Below, piece by piece: positions 34,921 through 43,542 of a stretch of 64,000 bases of DNA. Below the pieces are notes generated by a model. That model was not told the origin of the DNA, ran no database searches, and worked only from the letters and a program-made list of their open reading frames with translations. Source of the stretch: an uncultured Candidatus Saccharibacteria bacterium (GTDB taxonomy: Bacteria > Patescibacteriota > Doudnabacteria > UBA920); the NCBI GenBank assembly GCA_964474825.1, contig CAYYWQ010000001.1, forward strand, positions 65,420-129,419, given 5' to 3'. Within the stretch, counting starts at the first letter, position 1; each line of letters begins with the position of its first letter. The position numbers and the translations under genes were made by a program.

Positions 34921-34942
34921 CCGCAACAGGAAAGTTGAATTT

Positions 34943-35137
34943 ATGGCAGGACAAAATAGGGAAGATGTGAATATTGGGGCTACTGTGGGTATAGTTTTAA
35001 AGCAAGATCAGCCCACAGGCAAGCTTACGCGCGGCGTGGTTGCGGAACTTTTAACTAATTCACAGTTTCATCCGCATGGAATAAAAGTTAGGCTAGAAAG
35101 CGGCGAGGTCGGAAGAGTCCAAGCAATAATCAACTAA
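34943..35137 (+). CDS. YwbE-like small conserved protein (DUF2196)
   Basis: 64 aa; HPHGIKVRLESGEVGRV motif. Confidence 0.55.
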   Translation: MAGQNREDVNIGATVGIVLKQDQPTGKLTRGVVAELLTNSQFHPHGIKVRLESGEVGRVQAIIN

Positions 35138-35149
35138 AAAAATATAGTC

Positions 35150-35734
35150 ATGAATATCACCTCAGCAAAGTTTGTAAAGGGAGTTGTGGAAGAAGACGAG
35201 GTTTTGGACGACGGGGTGCCGCAGGTGGCTTTTGTCGGCAGGTCCAATGTGGGTAAGTCCAGCGTTATAAATTCTTTGGCAAACCAAAAAGGCCTGGCCA
35301 GGACCAGTTCTTTTCCGGGGCATACCCAGGAAATAAATATTTTTTTAATATCCGCTACCGGCGGGAATAAATTTTATTTGGTGGATTTGCCGGGCTACGG
35401 CTTTGCCAAAGCCTCAAAGGAAACCCAAGCCAGGCTGCAGCAGTTAATTTATTGGTACTTGCTGGATTCACATTATCTACAGGAAAAAATAGTTTTAATT
35501 ATAGACGCCGTGGTTGGCCCCACCGAAACAGACATGCAAATGCTCCATAGTTTAAAAGAGCAGCATAAGAATGTTGTTGTTGTGGCCAACAAAGTGGACA
35601 AGTTAAAAAAATCTGAATACAAAAAGCAGCTGCAAGAAATAAAAGATTCTTTGGGTGATAAATACAAAGTCATTCCTTATTCCGCGGAAAAGAAAATTGG
35701 CATAAACGAACTTTTAAACGAAATATTAAAATAG
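35150..35734 (+). CDS. engB: Ribosome-biogenesis GTPase YihA/EngB
   Basis: 194 aa; G1 GRSNVGKSS, G3 DLPGYG, G4 NKVDK. Confidence 0.85.
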   Translation: MNITSAKFVKGVVEEDEVLDDGVPQVAFVGRSNVGKSSVINSLANQKGLARTSSFPGHTQEINIFLISATGGNKFYLVDLPGYGFAKASKETQARLQQLIYWYLLDSHYLQEKIVLIIDAVVGPTETDMQMLHSLKEQHKNVVVVANKVDKLKKSEYKKQLQEIKDSLGDKYKVIPYSAEKKIGINELLNEILK

Positions 35735-35739
35735 ATTTT

Positions 35740-36216
35740 ATGAAAATTTCTTGGGGTAAACTTTTAGGGTTTATTGTTCTCTGCGAAGCAGTGGGAATTT
35801 TAGGGTCATTGTTTACAGTAGCGGCCATACCCAGTTGGTATGCTGCTTTAAATAAACCCTGGTTTAGTCCGCCCAATTGGCTGTTTGGCCCGGTGTGGAC
35901 CCTTCTTTATTTACTTATGGGAATTGCCGGCTACATGCTGTGGCAAAACAAGGGAACAGGTAAGGCCGCCAAGTTAGCATTAGTATTTTTCTTTATTCAA
36001 TTGGTTTTAAACGGAGTGTGGACGCCTCTGTTTTTTGGCGCGCATTTAATTGCTTGGGCTTTTGTGGAAATAGTCTTGATGTTGTTGTTTATTTTATTAA
36101 CCATCATCTTTTCTTTTAAAACCAAGCCCAAAGCCGCGATTTTACTGTTGCCTTATTTGTTTTGGGTCAGCTTTGCCAGTCTATTGAATTTTAGCCTGTG
36201 GCAATTGAATAAATAA
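35740..36216 (+). CDS. tspO: TspO/MBR tryptophan-rich sensory protein
   Basis: 158 aa; five TM helices, WYAALNKPWFSPPNWLFGPVWTLLY signature. Confidence 0.8.
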   Translation: MKISWGKLLGFIVLCEAVGILGSLFTVAAIPSWYAALNKPWFSPPNWLFGPVWTLLYLLMGIAGYMLWQNKGTGKAAKLALVFFFIQLVLNGVWTPLFFGAHLIAWAFVEIVLMLLFILLTIIFSFKTKPKAAILLLPYLFWVSFASLLNFSLWQLNK

Positions 36217-36224
36217 TCGCGATA

Positions 36225-36860
36225 ATGGATTTAACCGGAAATAAAAAGTTAATTTACACAGGAGCAGTTGTTTTAGTTGCTGTAATAATTTTTATTTTTT
36301 TTCGTAGCGGCGGTAGTCCCGTTGTAAAAAATTATCCATCATCGGGAATAGACATTATTGCCTTTGGTGACAGCTTGGTGTTTGGAACAGGGGCAACAAA
36401 GCCAGAAAATAATTTTGTTTCTGTTTTGTCTAAAAAACTTAATTTGCCTATTGTAAACCTTGGGGTGCCGGGCAATACTACGACAGACGGTTTAGCAAGA
36501 ATTAGCGACTTGGACAAGTATAATCCAAAAATAGTGCTGCTTCTTTTAGGCGGCAATGACCGTTTAAGGAGATTTCCGGAAGAGCAGTCAATTGCAAACC
36601 TAACAAGCATAATTGAAAATATTCAAAATAGGGGAGCCATTGTGGTTTTGCTTGGCGTTCGCGGAAACCTTTTGGGGAATAGTTTTGAAAAACAGCTTGA
36701 AAAGTTGGCAGAAAAATACCAAACTGCGTATGTGTCCGATGTTTTAGGCGGATTGTTCGGCAATTCCAAATATATGTTTGACACTATTCACCCAAACGAC
36801 GCGGGTAATGCCGTAATCGCTGACCGTATTTATCCTGTAATTTTGAAATTATTAAATTAA
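36225..36860 (+). CDS. SGNH/GDSL hydrolase
   Basis: 211 aa; N-terminal TM, GDSL block IIAFGDSLVFGTG, GGND block, DxxH at C-terminus. Confidence 0.75.
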   Translation: MDLTGNKKLIYTGAVVLVAVIIFIFFRSGGSPVVKNYPSSGIDIIAFGDSLVFGTGATKPENNFVSVLSKKLNLPIVNLGVPGNTTTDGLARISDLDKYNPKIVLLLLGGNDRLRRFPEEQSIANLTSIIENIQNRGAIVVLLGVRGNLLGNSFEKQLEKLAEKYQTAYVSDVLGGLFGNSKYMFDTIHPNDAGNAVIADRIYPVILKLLN

Positions 36861-36899
36861 CCGTGACGCCCAAGAGCCGCAGAACAGAGGAAAATAATG
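36853..36899 (+). promoter_or_regulatory. Conserved ~45-nt leader motif copy 1 (AAATTAAC…TGAcGCC…GAGCCGCA…AGAGGAAAAT-ATG)
   Basis: Near-identical blocks shared with 37758-37805; ends at start codon. Confidence 0.4.
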
Positions 36900-37268
36900 G
36901 ACAAGCAAATTGTTCGGGACAGTTTGGGTTGGGGTTTTGTGTTGTGGTTAATAGGTTATATTTTGGGAATAGTGTTTTTTAAGGCAGTGCCTCCAAGTTT
37001 GATTGGCTGGGTAATTACGCCAATAGGCATAATTTTTACTTTGCTCGTATTGTTTAAAAAGGTTAAAGGGATGGTGTTTAGTTATTACTTTTGTGTGGCA
37101 ATTGTTTGGACTTTAATTGCCGTAGTTTTGGATTATGTGTTTATTGTAAAAGCTTTTAAGCCGGCAGACGGTTATTATAAGCCGGATGTTTATTTGTATT
37201 ATGTTTTAACTTTTATTTTGCCATTACTTGTCGGTTGGCGTAAAAGTAAAACGTGCCGGTTAATTTAG
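36897..37268 (+). CDS. Small polytopic membrane protein
   Basis: 123 aa; 3-4 TM helices. Confidence 0.45.
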   Translation: MDKQIVRDSLGWGFVLWLIGYILGIVFFKAVPPSLIGWVITPIGIIFTLLVLFKKVKGMVFSYYFCVAIVWTLIAVVLDYVFIVKAFKPADGYYKPDVYLYYVLTFILPLLVGWRKSKTCRLI

Positions 37269-37289
37269 ATCAGGTAAAATAAAAAATCA

Positions 37290-37334
37290 GGAAGGGGAAG
37301 CAGAGGTCTGCGTCCCCTTCCCGTGACTACGTCC
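37290..37334 (-). terminator. Hairpin GGAAGGGGA-14nt-TCCCCTTCC with T-rich tail on minus strand, plus conserved CGTGACTACGTCC box (shared 3' element, copy 1)
   Basis: 9-bp stem; on minus strand followed by CTGATTTTTTATTTT; box overlaps stop codon of GC-rich gene. Confidence 0.55.
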
Positions 37335-37665
37335 GTTCTAGGAGTTTGTCCACCTCCATTTCGAGAATGAGGAAGTCACCCTCAACCTCGCCGCTTGAGC
37401 CGACCCAGCTGTCGTCGTAGAAAACTACGTGGGTTCCGCGGCAGTGGGCTACGAGCGTATCCCACTCAAGGCCGAGCTTAGCCCCGAGGTGGATGGAGGC
37501 TCGAATCATTGAAGGTTCGTTAGGCAGGGTTTCTAGGCGCCCGTCCCATCGCACCTCCTCATGCTCGACCCCTCTGGCAGCCAGATACGCGACCAACTGC
37601 GGCGAGTGGTCAAGAGGTGAAATACAACTGTGCCGCTCCGGCGGTTCGTAAACAAATATCTTCAT
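37327..37665 (-). CDS. Hypothetical protein in GC-rich island (start re-set to ATG with AAGGGAGG RBS)
   Basis: 112 aa (MKIFVYEPPERH…); RBS AAGGGAGGAAAAAACG-ATG; ~60% GC. Confidence 0.4.
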   Translation of the reverse strand: MKIFVYEPPERHSCISPLDHSPQLVAYLAARGVEHEEVRWDGRLETLPNEPSMIRASIHLGAKLGLEWDTLVAHCRGTHVVFYDDSWVGSSGEVEGDFLILEMEVDKLLERT

Positions 37666-37757
37666 ATCGTTTTTTCCTCCCTTTGAAAAACATTTTAGTA
37701 TACAAGAAATAGTAAAAAAAATCAAGAGCGCAATTAAAAATTGCTTAATAAGTGTAA

Positions 37758-37805
37758 AAAAATTAACATGATGGCCCAGAGCCGCAAAAAGGAGACAAAA
37801 CTATG
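37758..37805 (+). promoter_or_regulatory. Conserved ~45-nt leader motif copy 2
   Basis: AAATTAAC…TGAtGGCC…GAGCCGCA…AGGAGACAAAACT-ATG. Confidence 0.4.
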
Positions 37806-38207
37806 AACAAAGCCCTGGCCAATGTATTTTATATTTTTTCGGCCTTAGGTTTGGTGGACACCATTTATTTGTCTTACCACGCCATAAAAAAGACCGACGT
37901 TTCCTGTTGGTGGTTCCCAAAAGAGTGGTGCCAAAAAGTCCAATACAGCAAATTCAGCAAAACCTTGGGCATTCCTAATCCTTTTTTAGGGCTTTTGATT
38001 TACATAGTAATCATTGCCTTAACTTATTTAACTCTTGCCGGTTCAGCCTCGCCTTGGCTGGTTAAAGCCGTAATAGTTTTTGGTTTTGTTTTTTCAATGT
38101 ATTTTACCGCTATTCAGGCTTTTGTCTTGCGCGCCTTTTGCACGTGGTGCGTAATTTCCGCTGTAAATTTTACGGTTATGTTCCTGGCTTTGTTTCTGGT
38201 AAGGTAG
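37803..38207 (+). CDS. Vitamin K epoxide reductase (VKOR)-like membrane thiol oxidoreductase
   Basis: 134 aa; 4 TM helices; CxxC-type pair CWWFPKEWC and C-terminal CTWC. Confidence 0.55.
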   Translation: MNKALANVFYIFSALGLVDTIYLSYHAIKKTDVSCWWFPKEWCQKVQYSKFSKTLGIPNPFLGLLIYIVIIALTYLTLAGSASPWLVKAVIVFGFVFSMYFTAIQAFVLRAFCTWCVISAVNFTVMFLALFLVR

Positions 38208-38246
38208 CTTGAAAGTTGCTAAAATGACATAAAGCAACAACAAGCA

Positions 38247-39545
38247 ATGGAAATAAAAATAAATCACATAATCAAAAATTTCGATCACTTGGCCACTAAC
38301 CCTTTAAGGCGGCAGGCTTTGCTTATTGCCGAGGCAGGGCTTAAAGCCATAGACACTAAGGCGGCGGTGAGGAGGCTGGTTAAATATAATAACCAAAAAG
38401 AAATTTTAGAAGTTGCCGGAAAAAAATACGCGTTAATGGATTACGAGAGGGTAATGTGCGTAGGCTTTGGCAAAGCTGCGTTTGATGCTGTTTCGGAAAT
38501 TCAAGTTTCACTGGCAGACAAAATTAAATGCGGGTTTGTTATAGATTTAAAAGAGGGAAGTTTGGGAAATATTGTCTGCAAAGTAGGGACGCATCCGTAT
38601 CCTACCAAGGTAAATATAGAAGCCACAAAAGAATTAATGGCCATGCTTTCGAATTGCAGCGAAAAAGATTTAGTGCTTTGCGTGGTTTCAGGCGGCGGTA
38701 GCGCTCTACTTTGCAGTCCGCACGACATGAGCTGCGAGCAGGAAGTGGCAATAATTGCGGCCCTCACTGTTAAGGGCGCGACCATTCAGGAAATAAACAC
38801 CGTGCGCAAACACATTAGCACAATTAAAGGGGGGCAGTTAGCCAAGTTAATGTATCCGGCAACTGTCATTAGCCTTATTTTTTCAGATGTTCCGGGGGAT
38901 GACTTAAGTTTAATTGCCAGCGGCCCCACAGTTTTAGACAAAAGTAAAGTTCAGGACGCCGGAGATATTTTAAAAAAGTACGATGCCTTGGAAGCAGTAG
39001 GTATGCATTCGTGCAGGTTAATAGAAACACCAAAAGAACAAAAGTATTTTGAAAAAGTGCACAACATTTTGGCAGTTTCACCCAGGCAGGCACTGAGCGC
39101 TATGAAGGACGAGGCCGAGCAGATTGGTTTTGATGTGGAAATTTTTTCCCAAAATTTCCAAGGTCTTGCAAAAGAACTGGGGCCGCAAATTGTTTCCGCA
39201 AGCAAGTCGCGTATGGCACTCATTGGCGCGGGGGAAAGTACTGTCCAAATTACTGGTCACGGCGTTGGCGGCAGGAACCAGGAAATGGCTTTGGCCGCAA
39301 TACCTAATCTTTCCGAAAATCAAGTTCTGGTTTGTGTGGCAAGCGACGGCCACGACAACACCGACGCGGCCGGGGCTATTGCGGACAGCTCGTCATCTCT
39401 CAGGGCAAAGGCTTTGGGGTTGGATGTTAGTCACTATTTGGAGAATAACGACAGTTTCCATTTTTTTGAGCAACTGGGGGACCAATTAATAACCGGACAG
39501 ACCGGCGCCAATGTTTCGGATTTTTTTATTTGTTTAAAACAATAA
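38247..39545 (+). CDS. Glycerate 2-kinase (MOFRL family)
   Basis: 432 aa; DUF4147+MOFRL architecture, VVSGGGSALL motif. Confidence 0.8.
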   Translation: MEIKINHIIKNFDHLATNPLRRQALLIAEAGLKAIDTKAAVRRLVKYNNQKEILEVAGKKYALMDYERVMCVGFGKAAFDAVSEIQVSLADKIKCGFVIDLKEGSLGNIVCKVGTHPYPTKVNIEATKELMAMLSNCSEKDLVLCVVSGGGSALLCSPHDMSCEQEVAIIAALTVKGATIQEINTVRKHISTIKGGQLAKLMYPATVISLIFSDVPGDDLSLIASGPTVLDKSKVQDAGDILKKYDALEAVGMHSCRLIETPKEQKYFEKVHNILAVSPRQALSAMKDEAEQIGFDVEIFSQNFQGLAKELGPQIVSASKSRMALIGAGESTVQITGHGVGGRNQEMALAAIPNLSENQVLVCVASDGHDNTDAAGAIADSSSSLRAKALGLDVSHYLENNDSFHFFEQLGDQLITGQTGANVSDFFICLKQ

Positions 39546-39602
39546 ATTGTGCTATACCTAAGAGAGAAATAGCAAAAGTAGAGAAACAAAAGTTTACTTT
39601 TT

Positions 39603-42470
39603 ATGAAAAAGGTTTCAATAAAAAGGGTAAAGAAAAATAAAAAAGTCATAGGCCCAAAGGAAAAACTGCTTACGGGTTTAGGTGTAGGCGCAAGTTTAAT
39701 GGGAGGAATGGGCGCGGGTGTATCTAAGTCTCCCGCCCAAAAGCCTATTGTGGCAACAAATAAACAAGCCAAAGATTCGGTGGGCGGAAAAATTAAATCC
39801 GCTCTTACCAGTATTTTTGGCGTGCAGGAAGCCAAGGCTAATTTAGCGCAAACTATTTTTGGTAGCGGTGGAAGCTGGGACGGTGGTGGATTTATTGGGG
39901 GTTCAGATGGAGGTGGCGGAGGAGGTGGCGGAGGCTGGGGAGGAAATGATATACCCGGTTTTATGGGAGCAGACCAAAGCGGCTCTTCTATGGGAGGAAG
40001 GTTTTCCTCGATTGAAAATTCTCAGCGGTCACTGGACTATTGGAATAACGTTGCCGACCAAGCTCAAGCCCGTTCTGACGCAACAATACAAGCACAGGAT
40101 GCCGCAAATGCAACCACGCCCCAGCTTGCGGGTGATTCAGAGGAAGATAGAGAAGCTAATAATCAGAACACAACCGAAGTTGCTTCGGATGTTGTAAATA
40201 ATCTTTTGGACACCAGTCCTTACACATCTCCGTCCTTGCCTGAAAATCCGGATCCGGGAGCTGCTTCTGTTAATTCAAATATAGATTTTAATTTTAATAA
40301 TAATCCATATACCCCTTTTACGCCCGCACAAAACGACTACAATTCTAACACTGAGTATTTTAATAACGAAGGTATTGCCCAAAATTTTCCCACTCCTGAT
40401 CCTATTCCAGCTAATTCCAACAGTTACGATGTTTGGGATAATGTAACAGGAGGACAAAATGGCCCGTATGCCTCAACTTTAAATAATAATCCAAGCCCAA
40501 CAAGTAATGTGCCCGAAACAAGTAACTATATTGTCCCCGGTACGGAAGACATGTATGGTCCCGGCACAGGTATTGGACAAAATGGGGATGTGGTTAATCA
40601 AACAAATAATTCATACGATCCTTTTAGTGCAGTGGATGGCAGCGGGCAAATTAATCCAGCTGTCGTATTTACCCCAAGTGATGGTTTTTCCAAAGACGAT
40701 AGTACGGATTCGGACCAAACACGAACTTTTAACCTTGGGGAGCCTGGCAGCAGGTTAGGCTCCGGAGAAGAATTTGTTCCCACAGAGCTTCCCGGCAGAA
40801 CTTCCGGTATGTCCCAAAATACTGACGGCACTTTTAGTCCGGAAGGCAGCACTAACCGCTATTGGGTTAACGAGGAAACCGGTAATTATGAATTACTCGG
40901 GGCCGGTAATAATGTTTCCGCCCAAGTTACTGACCAAGTGGCTTACCATCCTTTTACCGCTAATGAGTTTTACGACGCCAGTCATGGGCAGCAATATGTA
41001 ACAACTCAGCCGGGTTTTACCCCAAATGTAGGGGTTGAAACGGGAACGCCGGAAGAAATTTTAGCACGGTCCGGTCAAAATTTAAATTTTCAAACTTCCG
41101 GAGAGCAGGATTTAATATCCGCAGCCGGAAATAACCAGGAAGGCACAAATGGAGCCCAAAGCCAGCAGTCTTCTGGGGAAGTTACAGGCAACGCTCAAAA
41201 TCCATATGCAAATACTTTTGCCAACCAGCAAGGGAGTTTAGAGTACCAAAACGCCACCCCCAAAAGTTCTGATCTCCAAACCGATACAGGATTAGCCAAT
41301 CAGTCCGTTTCAACGGAAAACAGCTTTAAACCATCTGAAAGAAGCGCGGAACAAATTGGCACCCCATTAATTACCGAAGAATTCCAACAAAAGCCGCTGT
41401 CACCAGAAGAAGTGTTGGCTAATGGCCCAAACTTCCGCGAATCCGATTTAAGCAACCCCATTTTCCTGCCCGTTAGCAGAATAGACGGAACCAGTGTTCC
41501 TAATGTCCTGCTTGGCAGCGACAGCAGTATTTATAGCCAAGACCCCACGACCGGTGAACTAAGCCGGGTCGGAAATATTACCGACTTAGAAAAAGCCGGC
41601 TGGAAACCCGGAGATGCTTTTCCAGACCTCCCAAGCTCCCAAAGTTTGGCTTCTACTGCCAAAGAAACAGGTAAAAAAGTTACCGATGCTGTAAACAAAG
41701 CCAGTGAAAAACTTCAAGCGAAGGAAACAGCGTTAACTAAAAAAGTTATAGGGTTTTTCCATAAGGACGACAGCGGTAATACTTCTACTCAGTCAACAGG
41801 GAAAGCTACCGATGAAATGTCTGCCACCGCGGATGCTAAAACGGCCGATGGTACTCCTTTGTGGAAGCTAGACAACGGCGTCTATACGGATTTTGACGGT
41901 AACCTTTACACCCAAACCCCTAAAGGTAGGTTCGAGGAAGCCGGTATTACCGTTGACCAATTAGATCCGAACACTTTGCCTTCTAACCAAGACCGGACAA
42001 TTACAGGCCCTAAAGGACAAACCCTGCAAAGTTATGGTAATGGTACTTACACTGATGCCAACGGAAATATTTATTCTTTAAATGAAAATGGCAAGCCAGT
42101 TAGCACCGGAATTTCAACAGACGTACAAGGGCAAAATTTTTATTCCGCAGCCGCGGGTTTGACTCTTGACGAAACTACCGTCAAAGGCCGTATTGACAAT
42201 GCCCTGTCAAAACCCGGTAGGCTAGGTATGGCGGCTATTACCATAGCAAACCCCTTGGCGGGAATTGCCCTACAGGGGTATTCCACTTTAAATGCCGGGC
42301 AGCAAAAGAGTTTTAACCAGTGGCTGGCCCGCCCTGAAGACGGCACTTTAAATTATACTTACAGGGATCCGGCTACCGGCCAGGATGTTACGGTCAGGAC
42401 GACAAAATCGGACCTTAGGGCTGCCATTGATTTTGTTAACAGCTTTGGAATGAATGTGGTAAAGCCGTAA
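39603..42470 (+). CDS. Giant low-complexity surface protein (paralogous N-terminal module shared with 43543 gene)
   Basis: 955 aa; basic N-terminus MKKVSIKRVKKNKK…GLGVGASLMGG (YSIRK-like), Gly-rich tract, Asn/Ser/Thr/Gln-rich body. Confidence 0.6.
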   Translation: MKKVSIKRVKKNKKVIGPKEKLLTGLGVGASLMGGMGAGVSKSPAQKPIVATNKQAKDSVGGKIKSALTSIFGVQEAKANLAQTIFGSGGSWDGGGFIGGSDGGGGGGGGGWGGNDIPGFMGADQSGSSMGGRFSSIENSQRSLDYWNNVADQAQARSDATIQAQDAANATTPQLAGDSEEDREANNQNTTEVASDVVNNLLDTSPYTSPSLPENPDPGAASVNSNIDFNFNNNPYTPFTPAQNDYNSNTEYFNNEGIAQNFPTPDPIPANSNSYDVWDNVTGGQNGPYASTLNNNPSPTSNVPETSNYIVPGTEDMYGPGTGIGQNGDVVNQTNNSYDPFSAVDGSGQINPAVVFTPSDGFSKDDSTDSDQTRTFNLGEPGSRLGSGEEFVPTELPGRTSGMSQNTDGTFSPEGSTNRYWVNEETGNYELLGAGNNVSAQVTDQVAYHPFTANEFYDASHGQQYVTTQPGFTPNVGVETGTPEEILARSGQNLNFQTSGEQDLISAAGNNQEGTNGAQSQQSSGEVTGNAQNPYANTFANQQGSLEYQNATPKSSDLQTDTGLANQSVSTENSFKPSERSAEQIGTPLITEEFQQKPLSPEEVLANGPNFRESDLSNPIFLPVSRIDGTSVPNVLLGSDSSIYSQDPTTGELSRVGNITDLEKAGWKPGDAFPDLPSSQSLASTAKETGKKVTDAVNKASEKLQAKETALTKKVIGFFHKDDSGNTSTQSTGKATDEMSATADAKTADGTPLWKLDNGVYTDFDGNLYTQTPKGRFEEAGITVDQLDPNTLPSNQDRTITGPKGQTLQSYGNGTYTDANGNIYSLNENGKPVSTGISTDVQGQNFYSAAAGLTLDETTVKGRIDNALSKPGRLGMAAITIANPLAGIALQGYSTLNAGQQKSFNQWLARPEDGTLNYTYRDPATGQDVTVRTTKSDLRAAIDFVNSFGMNVVKP

Positions 42471-42544
42471 ATTAAATTTAGTTTTTTTGTGTTTTTGTGG
42501 TATGATAAATAGACAAAAGTGACTATTAAAATCAAAAATAAAGG

Positions 42545-43537
42545 ATGAATATTGTTTTTTGCGAGACCGAAGACTGGCAGCAGGAATATTTGAAACAAAA
42601 ACTTACTGAACATAAGTTAATTTTTGAAAAAAGCACAAAAATAAGCCCCAATCCGGAAGCGGAAATTATTTCTAATTTTGTCGCGTCTCCAGTTACGGCG
42701 GAAACATTAAATGATTTCCCAAAATTAAAGTATGTTACAACCCGAAGCACGGGTTTTGACCATATAGACCTTAAAGCCTGCCAAGAGCGGGGTATTTTAG
42801 TTAGCAATGTGCCGACTTATGGGGAAAACACTGTAGCGGAATTTGCTTTTGCATTGCTGTTGGCGCTTTCCCGCAAAATTTACCAGGGTGTTAAGCAAGT
42901 TAGGGAAAAGGGCTTGTTCGCAACTGAAAACTTGCGGGGGTTTGATTTGCAGGGTAGGACAATTGGCGTAGTTGGAGCCGGGCATATTGGCATGCATGTT
43001 ATTAACATGGCCAAAGGTTTTGACATGAAAGTGCTGGCTTACGACCCGCACCCAAACGAAGAATTGGCAAAAAAAATTGGCTACGAATATGCCAGCTTGG
43101 AAGATTTGCTAAAAACTTCGGACGTAATAACCCTGCATGTACCGTATTTGCCCGCCACGCATCACTTAATAAATTCGCAAAATATTAATTTGTGTAAACA
43201 GGGCTGCGTAATTATTAATACCGCGCGCGGCGGGTTAATAGAAACCGCGGCATTAATTAGCGGCTTAAAATCAGGGAGAGTGGCGGCCGCGGGCTTAGAC
43301 GTTTTGGAAGAAGAAGGTTTTATAAAAGACGAACTTGATTTACTATACAGCGGACATCCTAACGAAGACCAGTTAAAAACTGCTTTGGCCGACCATGAAT
43401 TAATGCAAATGGAAAATGTGTTAATTACACCGCATAACGCTTTTAACAGCCATGAGGCAATGCTGAGGATTTTAGACACCACAGTGGAAAATATTATTTC
43501 TTTCGCGTCCGGAAAGCCGGTTAATTTAGTAAAGTAA
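42545..43537 (+). CDS. D-isomer-specific 2-hydroxyacid dehydrogenase
   Basis: 330 aa; NAD-binding GRTIGVVGAGHIG, catalytic R/E/H pattern. Confidence 0.85.
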   Translation: MNIVFCETEDWQQEYLKQKLTEHKLIFEKSTKISPNPEAEIISNFVASPVTAETLNDFPKLKYVTTRSTGFDHIDLKACQERGILVSNVPTYGENTVAEFAFALLLALSRKIYQGVKQVREKGLFATENLRGFDLQGRTIGVVGAGHIGMHVINMAKGFDMKVLAYDPHPNEELAKKIGYEYASLEDLLKTSDVITLHVPYLPATHHLINSQNINLCKQGCVIINTARGGLIETAALISGLKSGRVAAAGLDVLEEEGFIKDELDLLYSGHPNEDQLKTALADHELMQMENVLITPHNAFNSHEAMLRILDTTVENIISFASGKPVNLVK

Positions 43538-43542
43538 ATTTT

